A stretch of 64,000 nt of DNA from Candidatus Omnitrophota bacterium (GCA_041653595.1 JBAZFB010000002.1:4579-68578), one strand, 5' to 3'; numbered from the stretch's first letter, positions 13,446 through 24,103 are shown. Notes: a model not told the origin generated them from the letters alone. Translations and numbers: made by a program.

Positions 13446-13727
13446 ATGGGTCGTTCGGCTAAAAAAGGGCCGTTTGTTGAACCGAAACTGCTCAAGAAGA
13501 TAGAGAAGATGAAGGGCGACAAGAAGCCCATCAAGACATGGTCAAGAAGGTCGACCGTCATCCCGGAATTTATCGGTTATACTTTCCTGGTGCATAACGG
13601 GAACAAGTTCATCCCGGTCTTTGTCACCGAGAATATGGTAGGGCACAAACTGGGGGAGTTTTCCCCAACGAGGACGTTCAGGAAGCATGGCGGCGTCAAG
13701 TCTAAAGAAGCGCCGGCTGTAACTTAA
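13446..13727 (+). CDS. rpsS: 30S ribosomal protein S19
   Basis: It begins MGRS.KKGPFV and contains the [29 protein letters not shown] motif. Confidence 0.96.
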   Translation: MGRSAKKGPFVEPKLLKKIEKMKGDKKPIKTWSRRSTVIPEFIGYTFLVHNGNKFIPVFVTENMVGHKLGEFSPTRTFRKHGGVKSKEAPAVT

Positions 13728-13748
13728 ACCAGAGGATAATCGGAAGAG

Positions 13749-14156
13749 ATGGTATCAGCAGGAAGAGTAGTAGCTAAATATATCAAGACATCCCCTTATA
13801 AGATGCGCAAGGTCATGGACGTTATCAGGGGCAAGGACGTGAATTCAGCGCTCGGCATTTTAGAGAATATCGAAAAGCGTTCCCGCATCTACCTGATCCG
13901 CGCTTTGAAATCAGCGATCGCCTCGGCAAAGCAGGGCGGGAAGGTAAAGCAGGATGAGCTTTTCATCTGGAAGATAACCGCAGATGACGGCCCCACAATG
14001 AGGCGGTATAAAGCCGCGGCTATGGGCAGGGCGACTATGATACGCAAGAGGACCAGCCACATAATAATTGAACTGGGCATGATGGAAGTGCCGGTCAAGA
14101 AAACTCCCGCCACGGGTGGGGTCAAAGGCGCCGCGCCAAAAACGGGGAAGAAATAG
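13749..14156 (+). CDS. rplV: 50S ribosomal protein L22, with a short C-terminal extension
   Basis: L22 homology and synteny support the call. Confidence 0.9.
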   Translation: MVSAGRVVAKYIKTSPYKMRKVMDVIRGKDVNSALGILENIEKRSRIYLIRALKSAIASAKQGGKVKQDELFIWKITADDGPTMRRYKAAAMGRATMIRKRTSHIIIELGMMEVPVKKTPATGGVKGAAPKTGKK

Positions 14157-14165
14157 GAGGGGTTA

Positions 14166-14870
14166 GTGGGTCATAAAGTAAATCCGATATCAATGAGGTT
14201 GGGATACATAAAGACCTGGAAATCCCGTTGGTTTGCCAGGAAGAAGGGTTATGCCGATTTCCTCCACGAGGATCTAGATATCCGTAAATACGTCAAAAAG
14301 AGTTTTTCCGCGGCCGGCATATCATCCATTGATATCGAACGCGCCAGCAACAAGGCGAAGGTTATAATTTATACCGCCAGGCCCGGTATCATAATCGGCA
14401 GGAAGGGCGCCGATATCGACCGCCTGCGCGACGACCTCCAGGATAAGACGAAGAAAGAAATATATATAGAGATAAAAGAGGTGAAGAACCCCTCCATAGA
14501 TGCACAGCTTGTGGCGGAGAACATCGCCTTCCAGTTGGAGAAGCGCATCGCCTTCAGGCGCGCAATGAAGAAAGCGGTCCAGCAGGCGATGAATTCCGGC
14601 GCCCAGGGCATAAAGGTCAAATGCGCGGGAAGGCTCGGCGGCGCAGAAATGTCACGTACCGAGGGTTATAAAGAAGGAAAGGTCCCGCTGCAGACTTTCA
14701 GGGCGGACATAGATTACGGCTTCACCGAGGCGCATACTACCTACGGCCTCATAGGCGTAAAATCGTGGATATACAAGGGCGATATCCTCGACAAGAAAGA
14801 GATAGCGAAGGCATCGGGTGAGGATACTGAGGGAACAGGTAAGGCGCCCGAGGCGCCCGCGCAAAGTTAA
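14166..14870 (+). CDS. rpsC: 30S ribosomal protein S3 (GTG start)
   Basis: It begins MGHKVNP...RLG and has a KH domain. The C-terminal tail is acidic and Ala-rich. Confidence 0.94.
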   Translation: MGHKVNPISMRLGYIKTWKSRWFARKKGYADFLHEDLDIRKYVKKSFSAAGISSIDIERASNKAKVIIYTARPGIIIGRKGADIDRLRDDLQDKTKKEIYIEIKEVKNPSIDAQLVAENIAFQLEKRIAFRRAMKKAVQQAMNSGAQGIKVKCAGRLGGAEMSRTEGYKEGKVPLQTFRADIDYGFTEAHTTYGLIGVKSWIYKGDILDKKEIAKASGEDTEGTGKAPEAPAQS

Positions 14871-14910
14871 TCAAGCCCCGCAAAAAACGCGCGGGACGAG
14901 GAGCATTTAG

Positions 14911-15333
14911 ATGGCGTTATTTCCAAAAAGAGTAAAATACAGAAAGTCGCAAAGAGGCAGGCGCAAGGGCGTAGCGATGACCGGCTCGTCGATAGCATTC
15001 GGCGAATACGGCCTCCAGTGCCTCGAGAACGGCTGGATAAAGAATACACAGATAGAGGCGGCAAGGGTAGTCATCTCGCGCCACCTTAAAGGCGGCGGCA
15101 AGGCCTGGATAAGGATATTCCCGGACAAGCCGGTCAGCAAGAAGCCCGCTGAAACGAGGATGGGTAAAGGAAAGGGCATGACCGACCACTGGGTCGCCGT
15201 AATAAAGCGCGGAAGGATCCTGTTCGAGGTCGAGGGCCTTCCCGAGTCGATAGCCAAAGAGGCGATGCGCCTGGCTTCCTCGAAACTTCCTTTAAGAACT
15301 AAATTTGTGGCCAGGGCCAGAGCGGCCGCATAA
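14911..15333 (+). CDS. rplP: 50S ribosomal protein L16
   Basis: The product is 140 aa and contains the R.GKGKG..WVAV.K.G motif. Confidence 0.94.
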   Translation: MALFPKRVKYRKSQRGRRKGVAMTGSSIAFGEYGLQCLENGWIKNTQIEAARVVISRHLKGGGKAWIRIFPDKPVSKKPAETRMGKGKGMTDHWVAVIKRGRILFEVEGLPESIAKEAMRLASSKLPLRTKFVARARAAA

Positions 15334-15352
15334 CCCGGGGAATTAACTTAAG

Positions 15353-15553
15353 ATGCCGATAAAAACACAGGAATTAAGGAATATGGCGGCGGAGGAGCTT
15401 AAAGCGAAATATAGCCTGCTTACGGAATCGCTTTTCAAGCTGAACCAGCAGGCTAAGATCGGGAAGCTCGAGAAGCCCGACCAGATCCGCCAGATGAGGA
15501 AGGATATCGCGCGGATACTGACCATAATAAGGGAAAAGGATATCAAGATATGA
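15353..15553 (+). CDS. rpmC: 50S ribosomal protein L29
   Basis: The product is 66 aa and sits in the conserved position. It contains EL.....LFKLN.Q. Confidence 0.88.
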   Translation: MPIKTQELRNMAAEELKAKYSLLTESLFKLNQQAKIGKLEKPDQIRQMRKDIARILTIIREKDIKI

Positions 15554-15798
15554 ACGAAAGAGGAAACAGGAAAGAATTATTAGGGATAGTGACCAGCGAC
15601 AAGATGCAGAACACCATCGTCGTGAAGGTAGAGTCCTTCTCGAAGCACGCTGCCTACAAGAGGACCATCCGCAGGGTGAAGAAATTCAAGGTCCACGACG
15701 AGGAAAAGAAGGCGAAGGTCGGGGACAGGGTAAAGATAGTCGAGACACGCCCGATCTCCAAAGACAAGAGATGGAGATTGGTTGAGGTACTGAAATGA
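15550..15798 (+). CDS. rpsQ: 30S ribosomal protein S17
   Basis: The product is 82 aa with an S17-like G.V.SDKM.KT.VV core. Confidence 0.92.
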   Translation: MNERGNRKELLGIVTSDKMQNTIVVKVESFSKHAAYKRTIRRVKKFKVHDEEKKAKVGDRVKIVETRPISKDKRWRLVEVLK

Positions 15799-16163
15799 TA
15801 CAGTTGCGTTCTATATTGGTTGTAGCCGATAATACCGGCGCGAAGAAAGCCGCCATGATACAGGTCCTGGGACGCCACGGAAAGGTAATGGCAGACCTTG
15901 GGGATATAATCAAGATACACATAAAGGAGTCGACGCCGGACGCGATAGTAAAGAAGGGCGAGGTCGCCAACGCCGTAGTGGTAAGGCTGAAATCGCCGAC
16001 CAGGAGATCCGACGGTTCTTATCTCAGGTTCGACAGCAACGCGATCGTCATAATAGACACCCAAAAGAACCCCAGGGGCACGAGGATATTCGGCCCGGTG
16101 GCAAGGGAACTGCGCGACAGGGGTTTTTCGAAGATAATATCGTTAGCTCCAGAGGTAATATAG
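15795..16163 (+). CDS. rplN: 50S ribosomal protein L14
   Basis: It begins MIQ..S.L.VADN.GAK. It is 122 aa. Confidence 0.96.
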   Translation: MIQLRSILVVADNTGAKKAAMIQVLGRHGKVMADLGDIIKIHIKESTPDAIVKKGEVANAVVVRLKSPTRRSDGSYLRFDSNAIVIIDTQKNPRGTRIFGPVARELRDRGFSKIISLAPEVI

Positions 16164-16478
16164 ATGATAAGGATAAGGAAGAACGACACGGTAATGATAA
16201 TGAAGGGCAGGGATAACGGCAAAACGGGCCGCGTCATGAGGATACTGTCCGGTACCGGTAAGGCTATAGTCGAGGGGCGTAACTTCGTGAAGAAACATGC
16301 CCATAAGACACAGAAGAATCCGCAGGGCGGGATAATACAGATAGAGAGCCCGATAGCGCTGTCGAATATCATGCCTGTCTGCCCCAAATGCGGAAAACCG
16401 GTCAGGATCGGGATAGCGGCCGGTAAGGACGGCAAGAAGACGAGGATATGCATGAAATGCAAGGAGGCGCTTGCCTGA
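16164..16478 (+). CDS. rplX: 50S ribosomal protein L24, with a C-terminal CxxC...CxxC zinc-ribbon-like tail
   Basis: The N-terminal half is a KOW domain (K.D.V....G.D.GK.G.V). The C-terminus reads CPKCGKPV...CMKCKEAL. Confidence 0.9.
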   Translation: MIRIRKNDTVMIMKGRDNGKTGRVMRILSGTGKAIVEGRNFVKKHAHKTQKNPQGGIIQIESPIALSNIMPVCPKCGKPVRIGIAAGKDGKKTRICMKCKEALA

Positions 16479-17041
16479 TGAAAACGGCCACTATTACACC
16501 CAGGCTCGTCGGCTTCTACCATAAGGAAGTGATACCGCAGCTGACCAAGAAATTCGGATACAAGAATCTCTTCCAGGTGCCGCGTATAAAGAAGATCGTC
16601 GTAAATATGGGGGTCGGGAAAGGCGCGGAAGACATAAAGATACTCGAAGCGGCGCTTGCCGACCTCACTACCATAACCGGGCAGAAGCCGGTAATAACGC
16701 GCGCCAAAAAGGCTATCGCGAATTTCAAGATAAAAGAGGGTTCTCCCATAGGATGCAAAGTGACCCTGCGCGGCGCGAAGATGTATGAATTCCTGGACAG
16801 GTTGCTCAATATCGCCCTCCCCAGGATCAAGGACTTCCGCGGCGTGCCGGCAGATACGTTTGATGGGTCCGGCAATTACGCCCTCGGCCTGCGCGAGCAG
16901 ACGATATTTCCGGAGATAGAGGTTGACAGGGTCGCGAGGGTCCAGGGTATGGATGTCATAATCGTGACGAGCGCCAAGTCGAATGACGAGGCGAGTGAGA
17001 TGCTGCGTCTTTTCGGTATGCCTTTCAAAAAACAAGGTTAG
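16478..17041 (+). CDS. rplE: 50S ribosomal protein L5. The start is trimmed to the ATG that overlaps the rplX stop.
   Basis: From [11 protein letters not shown] the sequence aligns with the L5 N-terminus, and it contains [15 protein letters not shown]. The longer ORF in the track is an upstream extension. Confidence 0.93.
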   Translation: MKTATITPRLVGFYHKEVIPQLTKKFGYKNLFQVPRIKKIVVNMGVGKGAEDIKILEAALADLTTITGQKPVITRAKKAIANFKIKEGSPIGCKVTLRGAKMYEFLDRLLNIALPRIKDFRGVPADTFDGSGNYALGLREQTIFPEIEVDRVARVQGMDVIIVTSAKSNDEASEMLRLFGMPFKKQG

Positions 17042-17044
17042 GAT

Positions 17045-17230
17045 ATGGCTAAAAAATCTTTGATAGAAAAATGGAAGAGGCCGGCTAAATTCTCGGCTAG
17101 GAAATACAACAGGTGCCGTCTCTGCGGCAGATCAGGCGGTTATCTGCGCAGGTTCGAGCTCTGCCGTATCTGTTTCAGGGAATTGGCATCGAAGGGTGAG
17201 ATCCCCGGTATAACAAAAGCGAGCTGGTAA
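17045..17230 (+). CDS. rpsZ: 30S ribosomal protein S14, type Z (zinc-binding, 61 aa)
   Basis: It has the CRLCGR...CRICFRE Cys4 motif and lies between rplE and rpsH. Confidence 0.93.
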   Translation: MAKKSLIEKWKRPAKFSARKYNRCRLCGRSGGYLRRFELCRICFRELASKGEIPGITKASW

Positions 17231-17249
17231 TAATCTAAAAGGAATAGAA

Positions 17250-17639
17250 ATGTCCATTACAGATCCGATAGCTGATTTTTTGACACTGATAAGGAACGCG
17301 ACCCGCGCCAAGAAAGAGAACGTGGATGTCGTGAAGTCCAGGATGAACAAGGAGATCCTCGAGATCATGAAGAGGGAGGGCTACATCTCCGACTTCAAAC
17401 CGCTCGAAGAGTCACGCAAGGTCCGTGTCTACCTGAAATATTCATCGAACCGCAGCGTCATAAAGAATGTGAGGAAGATATCTAAGCCGGGTTTAAGGGT
17501 ATATACGCCTTATAGCAAGATCCCGATCGTACTGCGCGGGCTCGGCGTGGCTGTCATATCGACCTCCAAAGGCGTAATAAGCAATAAAGAAGCCCGGGAA
17601 CTTAAAGTGGGCGGCGAAGTATTGTGCTATATATGGTAA
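17250..17639 (+). CDS. rpsH: 30S ribosomal protein S8
   Basis: It begins MSITDPIADFLT.IRNA. It is 129 aa. Confidence 0.95.
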   Translation: MSITDPIADFLTLIRNATRAKKENVDVVKSRMNKEILEIMKREGYISDFKPLEESRKVRVYLKYSSNRSVIKNVRKISKPGLRVYTPYSKIPIVLRGLGVAVISTSKGVISNKEARELKVGGEVLCYIW

Positions 17640-17685
17640 TTCCCCCTCAGGGGATAAACCCGCTTCGGGGGATAAAAGGTGAAAA

Positions 17686-18231
17686 ATGTCAAGAGTAGGT
17701 AAGAAACCAATACAGATAATCAAAGGCGTCAAAGTCAGCGTTAACGGGGATTCCGTGATTGTGGAAGGCCCGAAAGGCAAACTTTCGATGCAGGTACATC
17801 CCGCGATCAAGGCCGAAGTGAAAGGCGAGCAGGTCATAGTGGCTCCCCACGAGGCCAGCGAATCGCTTAAGAGCGCGGGCGCGCTGCACGGCCTTACCAG
17901 GTCGCTCATCAACAACATGATCATAGGCGTCACAAGCGGCTATCAAAAAGAACTTGAGATACAAGGCGTAGGTTTCAGGGCCCAGGTCAGCGGGAAAAAA
18001 CTCGTGTTACTGGTCGGGTTTTCGCATCCGGTGGATTTCCCGATCCCTGATGGGATAGTTATCGAGGCGCCGAAACCCACGCAGTTGATCATAAAGGGAA
18101 TAGACAAACACAAGGTCGGACAGGTTGCCGCGGAGATAAGGGATATATTCCCGCCTGAGCCGTATAAGGGCAAAGGCATCAGATATTTGGGCGAATACGT
18201 GAGGAAAAAAGTAGGAAAGGCGGTAGGTTAA
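17686..18231 (+). CDS. rplF: 50S ribosomal protein L6
   Basis: It begins MSR.GKKPI.I..GV.V. It is 181 aa. Confidence 0.94.
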   Translation: MSRVGKKPIQIIKGVKVSVNGDSVIVEGPKGKLSMQVHPAIKAEVKGEQVIVAPHEASESLKSAGALHGLTRSLINNMIIGVTSGYQKELEIQGVGFRAQVSGKKLVLLVGFSHPVDFPIPDGIVIEAPKPTQLIIKGIDKHKVGQVAAEIRDIFPPEPYKGKGIRYLGEYVRKKVGKAVG

Positions 18232-18236
18232 TACCC

Positions 18237-18599
18237 ATGGCTGTTAATAAAGAATTCCACAGGAAGAGGCGTCATAATAGGATCAGGAGAAGGATCATCG
18301 GCACTAAAGATAAGCCGAGGATGTCCGTCCATAGGAGCATAAACAATATCTGCGTCCAGCTCATAGACGATATCGGCGGCGTGACGATCTGCGGCGTGTC
18401 GACTATGGACAAGGGTTTTAAGGAAAAGGCCAAGACCGGCGGGAACGTAAAGGCCGCTCAGGCTTTAGGCGAGATGATCGCGAAAGCGGCCCAGGCAAAA
18501 GGCGTAAAGAAGGTCGTCTTCGACAGGGGCGGGTATCTTTATCACGGCAGGATCAAGGCCCTGGCAGATTCCGCCAGGAAAGCCGGACTCGAATTTTAG
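18237..18599 (+). CDS. rplR: 50S ribosomal protein L18
   Basis: It contains R.R...RIRRRI.G...PR..V.RS and is 120 aa. Confidence 0.92.
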   Translation: MAVNKEFHRKRRHNRIRRRIIGTKDKPRMSVHRSINNICVQLIDDIGGVTICGVSTMDKGFKEKAKTGGNVKAAQALGEMIAKAAQAKGVKKVVFDRGGYLYHGRIKALADSARKAGLEF

Positions 18600-18639
18600 C
18601 CCTAAGGGGTTCGAAAAAAAGTAATCCAGGAGAGAAAAA

Positions 18640-19122
18640 TTGGCAGAACGCAGAGATCAGGATAAGCAATTAACCGAAAAAGTATTAAGCATTAACCGCG
18701 TCGCTAAGGTCACCAAAGGCGGCAAGAAGATGTCGTTTTCCGCACTGCTCGTCGTCGGCGACGGAAAAGGTAAGGTCGGATTCGGATACGGCAAGGCTAA
18801 CGAAGTGGCTGAGGCTATCAGGAAAGGCCTTGTCGACGCGAGAAGAAGGATGTTCCAGGTGGAGATTTGCGGAACGACCATACCCCATGAAGTGATAGGC
18901 AAATACGGCGCGGGTAAGGTATTGCTTAAGCCCGCTTCTCCCGGTACCGGAGTAATCGCCGGAGGTCCGATAAGGGCCCTTTGCGATGCCGCCGGGATAA
19001 AGGATATACTTTCCAAGTCATTTGGCTCGGACAATGCCATAAACGTCATCAAGGCGGCGGTCGTGGGCCTCAAGAGCCTCAGTAACAGGGAAGAGAGCAA
19101 GAGAATAAAAGGAGCGATCTAA
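18640..19122 (+). CDS. rpsE: 30S ribosomal protein S5 (TTG start)
   Basis: It contains INRV.KV.KGG...[20 protein letters not shown]. It is 160 aa. Confidence 0.94.
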   Translation: MAERRDQDKQLTEKVLSINRVAKVTKGGKKMSFSALLVVGDGKGKVGFGYGKANEVAEAIRKGLVDARRRMFQVEICGTTIPHEVIGKYGAGKVLLKPASPGTGVIAGGPIRALCDAAGIKDILSKSFGSDNAINVIKAAVVGLKSLSNREESKRIKGAI

Positions 19123-19566
19123 GTGAAGCTAGGTGAGATACATGTCCCGGTAGGGGCAACGAAAAAAAGAAAAATAGTAGGCAGGGGCCCGGGTTCCGGC
19201 CACGGCAAGACCTCCACGAGAGGCCAGAAGGGCCAGAAGTCCAGGTCCGGCGCCCATATCCATCCGGAGTTCGAAGGCGGCCAGATGCCTTTGATAAGAA
19301 GGATCCCGAAGAGGGGTTTCACGAACAGGTTCAAGAAAAAGTTCCAGATCGTAAACCTCGCGGACCTTAAGTCCTTTAAGGAGAACTCCATAGTCACTCC
19401 CGAGGAGTTGCTTAAGGAAGGTATCATCAAAAATACGAAAATTAAGGTCAAGATATTGGGCGGCGGCGAGATATCGAAGCCCCTGACCGTAAAAGCGGAT
19501 TCGTTTTCGGCGGGCGCGGCCGAAAAGATACAAAAAGCTGGCGGTAAAGCAGAGATCACCAAATAA
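19123..19566 (+). CDS. rplO: 50S ribosomal protein L15 (GTG start). No L30 gene precedes it.
   Basis: A Gly-rich, basic N-terminus (GRGPGSGHGKTSTRGQKGQ) is followed by L15-like sequence. It is 147 aa. Confidence 0.92.
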   Translation: MKLGEIHVPVGATKKRKIVGRGPGSGHGKTSTRGQKGQKSRSGAHIHPEFEGGQMPLIRRIPKRGFTNRFKKKFQIVNLADLKSFKENSIVTPEELLKEGIIKNTKIKVKILGGGEISKPLTVKADSFSAGAAEKIQKAGGKAEITK

Positions 19567-20903
19567 TGATCAGGGCGTTCGGCAATATATTAAAGATACC
19601 CGAGTTAAAAAGGAAGCTCCTCGTCACTGTGGCGCTTCTCGCGGTCTACTGCCTCGGCAGGTACATACCGACGCCGGGTATTGACGGTCACGCTCTTTCT
19701 CAATTTATAGAGCAGGAATCCAAGAGGTCGGGCGGGTCGCTGTTCGACATAATGGACCTTTTCACCGGAAACGCCATGTCCCAGATGACGATCTTCGCGT
19801 TCGGCATCATGCCTTATATATCGAGCTCCATCATAATGCAGCTTTTGACGTTCGCTTTCCCTTATTTCGAGAAACTTGCGAAAGAAGGCGGGGAGCACGG
19901 CCGCAGGATGATAACCCAGTATACGCGTTACGGGACCCTCGTGATCGGCGCCATACAGGCGTTGTTCACCAGTTTCTGGCTCGAGAACCTCCATAACACT
20001 ATCGGTATCCAGATAGTCCAGAACCCGGGCTGGGGTTTCCGCCTGGTGACCATCCTGACCCTGGTCAGCGGCACCGCTTTCATCATGTGGCTCGGCGAAC
20101 AGATAACCGAATACGGCATCGGCAACGGCATGTCCATAATAATAACCGCGTCCATAATTTCGAGGATACCGACGGCGATGCATAACCTCGCCACCCTCGT
20201 TGGCGCCGGTCAGTTGAGCGTATTTACCCTGATCTTCATGGCGGTGATGATCTTCGCGGTGATCATCGCGGTCATAATGATAACCCAGGCCCAGAGAAGG
20301 ATCCCGGTGCAATACGCGAAACGGATCGTAGGAAGAAGGGTGATGGGCGGCCAGAGCACATATCTCCCGTTGAGGGTGAACCAGGCCGGTGTCATCCCGA
20401 TAATCTTCGCCCAGTCGATCCTGCTATTTCCCGCGACGATAGCGCAATTTATACCCAACCAGACGATAAAGAGCATGCTGGCGTTCCTGCAGCACGGCGG
20501 CGTCGTCTACACGATATTCTACGCGGCATTGATCATATTCTTCACATATTTTTACACGGCGGTAACGCTTAACCCGCGCGACCTGGCGGATAACATGAAA
20601 AAATACGGCGGTTTCGTCCCGGGAGTAAGGCCGGGCAGGCCGACCGAGGATTATTTTAATTTTATTTTAAACCGCGTCACGTTGCCCGGAGCTATTTTCC
20701 TGGCGATAATAGCCGTGATCCCTGATTTCATCGGGAAATGGCTCCAGATACCATATTTGGTGGCGAGCTTCTTCGGCGGCACCGCGCTCCTTATCATAGT
20801 CGGTGTCATGCTCGATACGATGAAGCAGATCGAGTCGTTCCTTTTGATGCGCCACTATGACGGTTTCATGAAGTCGGGCAGGTTGAAGTCGAGGGGCCGT
20901 TGA
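19566..20903 (+). CDS. secY: Preprotein translocase subunit SecY
   Basis: It has ten predicted TM segments, SecY homology and the conserved position after rplO. Confidence 0.95.
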   Translation: MIRAFGNILKIPELKRKLLVTVALLAVYCLGRYIPTPGIDGHALSQFIEQESKRSGGSLFDIMDLFTGNAMSQMTIFAFGIMPYISSSIIMQLLTFAFPYFEKLAKEGGEHGRRMITQYTRYGTLVIGAIQALFTSFWLENLHNTIGIQIVQNPGWGFRLVTILTLVSGTAFIMWLGEQITEYGIGNGMSIIITASIISRIPTAMHNLATLVGAGQLSVFTLIFMAVMIFAVIIAVIMITQAQRRIPVQYAKRIVGRRVMGGQSTYLPLRVNQAGVIPIIFAQSILLFPATIAQFIPNQTIKSMLAFLQHGGVVYTIFYAALIIFFTYFYTAVTLNPRDLADNMKKYGGFVPGVRPGRPTEDYFNFILNRVTLPGAIFLAIIAVIPDFIGKWLQIPYLVASFFGGTALLIIVGVMLDTMKQIESFLLMRHYDGFMKSGRLKSRGR

Positions 20904-21556
20904 GGCTCGTGCTCCTGGGCCCGCCCGGCGCCGGAAAAGGGACGCAGGCAAAAGTTCTTTCTAAGGAATACAATATTCCGCATATCTCTACCGGGGATAT
21001 CTTGCGCGAAGCCGTAAAGACTAAGACGCCGATAGGCCTGAAGGCGAAGGTCTATATGGATAAGGGCGAGCTCGTTCCCGACGATGTCGTGATAGAGATG
21101 GTCGCCCAGCGCGTCGCGAAACCGGATTGCGAGAATGGTTTCATGCTCGACGGTTTCCCGAGGACAGCGGCGCAGGCGAAGGCCCTCGACGCCACGCTGG
21201 CGGAACTCAAACGGCCGGTCGACCTGGTCCTTTATTTCAAGACGTCGGTCGAAACGATAATACAGCGGCTCTCCGGAAGGAGGGTCTGCAGGATCTGCGG
21301 CGAGAATTACCACGTAAAGAATATACCCCCGAAGGTAGCCGGCAAATGCGATAAGGACGGCGGCGAGCTTTACCAGAGGGATGACGATAAGGAAGATACG
21401 ATCTTAAACAGGATAAAGGTCTACGACAAGACGGTCCCGGAGATAATAAGTTATTACGAGGGCAAGGGCATGCTCAGGACCGTATCCGGGGATTTCGACG
21501 TAGATGAGGCGCACGATTACCTGTCTAAGCTCTTTGTCAAAGAGAATCTAAAATAG
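20900..21556 (+). CDS. adk: Adenylate kinase with a Cys3-Asp lid (CxxC...CxxD)
   Basis: It has the P-loop GPPGAGKGTQ. The lid reads CRICGENYH...CDKDGGELYQRDDD. Confidence 0.95.
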   Translation: MRLVLLGPPGAGKGTQAKVLSKEYNIPHISTGDILREAVKTKTPIGLKAKVYMDKGELVPDDVVIEMVAQRVAKPDCENGFMLDGFPRTAAQAKALDATLAELKRPVDLVLYFKTSVETIIQRLSGRRVCRICGENYHVKNIPPKVAGKCDKDGGELYQRDDDKEDTILNRIKVYDKTVPEIISYYEGKGMLRTVSGDFDVDEAHDYLSKLFVKENLK

Positions 21557-21569
21557 GGCAGGGCGGCAG

Positions 21570-22331
21570 ATGATAATGCTAAGGTCCGGGGCCGAGGTCG
21601 AGAAGATCGAAGCGGCCTGCAGGATCGTCGCAGATACCCTGGAATATCTCGGTTCGAAGATAAAACCGGGTATGGCGACGGCAGAATTGGACAGCCTTGC
21701 CGAAGTATATATTAAGGCGAGAGGGGCTGTTTCCGCCTTTAAGGGATATAAAGGATTTCCGGCGAATATATGCACGTCGGTGAATGAGACCGTGGTCCAC
21801 GGCATCCCGGGGAAACAGACCTTGAAAGAAGGCGATATAATCGCCTTGGATATAGGTGTCAAATTAAACGGTTATTTCGGCGATGCCGCGATGACGTTCC
21901 CGGTAGGCGGGATCTCCGAAGAGGCAAAGAAGCTCATCACCGTGACGGAAGAATCCCTTTATAAGGGAATAGAAAATGCCCGTCCGGACAAAAGGCTCTG
22001 TGATATATCGAGCGCGGTCCAGGAATATATCGAGAATAACGGGTTCTCGGTTGTGCGCGAATTCGTAGGGCACGGCATCGGCACAAGGATGCACGAGGAT
22101 CCGCAGATCCCAAATTACGGCGTGCCGGGCACAGGGCCGAGATTAAAGGCTGGGATGGTTCTCGCGATAGAGCCGATGGTCAACGCCGGGACGCACAAGG
22201 TAGAGATATTGGAGGACGGGTGGACAGCCGTGACGAAAGACAGGAAACTGTCGGCCCATTTTGAACACACGGTTTATATAGGCGATAACGGTCCGGAGAT
22301 ATTGACGGAATGGCGAAAGAAGAAGCTATAG
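21570..22331 (+). CDS. map: Methionine aminopeptidase type I
   Basis: The M24A metal-ligand context (FVGHGIG...H, E..V) is present. It is 253 aa and follows adk. Confidence 0.93.
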   Translation: MIMLRSGAEVEKIEAACRIVADTLEYLGSKIKPGMATAELDSLAEVYIKARGAVSAFKGYKGFPANICTSVNETVVHGIPGKQTLKEGDIIALDIGVKLNGYFGDAAMTFPVGGISEEAKKLITVTEESLYKGIENARPDKRLCDISSAVQEYIENNGFSVVREFVGHGIGTRMHEDPQIPNYGVPGTGPRLKAGMVLAIEPMVNAGTHKVEILEDGWTAVTKDRKLSAHFEHTVYIGDNGPEILTEWRKKKL

Positions 22332-22528
22332 AAGTAGAGGGCGTGGTGCTTGAGGCGCTGCCGAACGCGATGTTCCGCGTGGAGCTCGACAACGGCCATA
22401 AAGTGTTATCCCACGTCTCCGGAAAGATGAGGATGAACTTCATCCGCATACTCCCGGGTGACAGGGTCAAACTGGAGCTTTCGCCGTACGACTTAACCAG
22501 GGGCAGGATAACTTTCAGGGTGAAATAA
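22310..22528 (+). CDS. infA: Translation initiation factor IF-1. It overlaps the 3' end of map by 22 nt.
   Basis: The 72-aa product reads [57 protein letters not shown]. Confidence 0.93.
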   Translation: MAKEEAIEVEGVVLEALPNAMFRVELDNGHKVLSHVSGKMRMNFIRILPGDRVKLELSPYDLTRGRITFRVK

Positions 22529-22529
22529 G

Positions 22530-22643
22530 ATGAAAGTCCGTTCAAGTGTAAAGAAGATATGCGAGAAGTGCAAGATAGTAAAAAGAAGGGGAATAATCTA
22601 CGTGATCTGCGCTAACCCGAAACACAAGCAGCGCCAGGGTTAG
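22530..22643 (+). CDS. rpmJ: 50S ribosomal protein L36 (37 aa). It is absent from the supplied ORF track because it is short.
   Basis: Manual translation gives [37 protein letters not shown], with a C..C...C...H zinc ribbon. It lies between infA and rpsM. Confidence 0.92.
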   Translation: MKVRSSVKKICEKCKIVKRRGIIYVICANPKHKQRQG

Positions 22644-22665
22644 GCCGATAATTTAGGAGGACGTA

Positions 22666-23055
22666 ATGCCGAGGATTTTAGGTATCGATCTGCCGAAGGA
22701 AAAAAAGATAGAGTTCTCTCTCTGCTACCTCTACGGAATAGGCAGGGCACTCTCGAGGAAGATCCTCAAGGAGGCGAACATCAATCCCGATGTGCGCGCA
22801 AAGGACCTTACCGACGAAGAGGTGTCGCGCATAACGACGATCCTGCAGAAGGAATATAAGGTCGAGGGAGACCTGAGGAGAGAGATCGCGCAGAATATAA
22901 AGAGGTTGATGGACATCGGCTCGTACAGGGGGATCAGGCACAAGAGGGGCCTGCCGGTGCGCGGCCAAAGGACAAAGACTAACGCAAGGACAAGGAAAGG
23001 CCCGCGCAGGATGGCGGTCACTTTAAAGAAGAAGGATACCAAGCCGGGAGCATAA
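22666..23055 (+). CDS. rpsM: 30S ribosomal protein S13
   Basis: It begins [10 protein letters not shown] and contains [19 protein letters not shown]. It is preceded by an AGGAGG RBS. Confidence 0.95.
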   Translation: MPRILGIDLPKEKKIEFSLCYLYGIGRALSRKILKEANINPDVRAKDLTDEEVSRITTILQKEYKVEGDLRREIAQNIKRLMDIGSYRGIRHKRGLPVRGQRTKTNARTRKGPRRMAVTLKKKDTKPGA

Positions 23056-23056
23056 T

Positions 23057-23473
23057 ATGGTAGAAGAGAAGAAGGAAGAAGAGCATAAGCCTAAGAAGAA
23101 AAAGACAAAGAAGAAAGTCGCCAAGAATATACCGAACGCGATAGCGCATATCCAGGCGACTTTCAATAATACGATCGTTACGATCTGCGATAAGTCGGGA
23201 AATACCATCTGCTGGGCGTCAAGCGGCGGAAGCGGTTTCGCGGGATCGAAGAAGTCGACGCCGTTCGCCGCGCAGGTGGCTGCGGAAGTTGCCGCAAAGA
23301 AAGCCATGGAACACGGCGTAAAGGAAGTCGAAGTCTACGTAAAAGGCCCCGGCGCCGGACGCGAATCCGCGATACGCGCGCTGCAGGCGACCGGCCTGGC
23401 GATATCGTTAATAAAAGATGTCACGCCTATTCCACACAACGGCTGCAGGCCGCCGAAGAGAAGGAGAGTATAG
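23057..23473 (+). CDS. rpsK: 30S ribosomal protein S11, with a Lys-rich N-terminal extension
   Basis: It contains [17 protein letters not shown]...[15 protein letters not shown]. The N-terminal extension reads [18 protein letters not shown]. Confidence 0.94.
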   Translation: MVEEKKEEEHKPKKKKTKKKVAKNIPNAIAHIQATFNNTIVTICDKSGNTICWASSGGSGFAGSKKSTPFAAQVAAEVAAKKAMEHGVKEVEVYVKGPGAGRESAIRALQATGLAISLIKDVTPIPHNGCRPPKRRRV

Positions 23474-23476
23474 TAA

Positions 23477-24103
23477 ATGGCGAAATACAAGGATGCCGTA
23501 TGCAGGCTATGCAGGAGGGAGGGCTCCAAGCTTTTCCTCAAAGGCACGCGCTGCTATACGCCGAAATGCGGGATCTCCCGCCGCGAGTACGCGCCGGGCC
23601 AGCACGGCCAGGGCAGGATCAAGCTGTCCGATTACGGCCTTCAGCTGAGGGAGAAGCAGAAGCTCAAGAGGATCTACGGAGTCCTTGAGAAGCAGTTCAG
23701 GAATTACTTCAAGATGGCGAATAAATCGAAGGGCGTCACCGGTGAGATCCTGCTGCAATTACTTGAGAGAAGGTTCGATAACACATTGTTCCGTTCCGGC
23801 CTGGCTAATTCCACCGCCGACGCGCGCCAGATCATCGCGCACGGCCATGTGAAGATAAACGGCCGCAGGACCGACATACCTTCGTATTCGGTCAAGGTCG
23901 GAGATACAGTAAAGATAGAGAGCAAGGAAGGTATCGTAAAACATATAAAGAGCAACATCGAGCTTACGAAGGACAGGGGCATCCCTAAGTGGATGGCGGT
24001 CGACGCAAACGGCCTTGAGGTAAAGATCGTCAAGCTCCCGTCCAGAGAAGATATCGGGTTCCCCATCCAAGAACAATTAATAGTCGAGTTGTATTCGAAG
24101 TAA
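23477..24103 (+). CDS. rpsD: 30S ribosomal protein S4 (zinc-finger form)
   Basis: It has the N-terminal zinc finger CRLCRREG...CYTPKCG and an S4 RNA-binding domain. It is 208 aa. Confidence 0.95.
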   Translation: MAKYKDAVCRLCRREGSKLFLKGTRCYTPKCGISRREYAPGQHGQGRIKLSDYGLQLREKQKLKRIYGVLEKQFRNYFKMANKSKGVTGEILLQLLERRFDNTLFRSGLANSTADARQIIAHGHVKINGRRTDIPSYSVKVGDTVKIESKEGIVKHIKSNIELTKDRGIPKWMAVDANGLEVKIVKLPSREDIGFPIQEQLIVELYSK

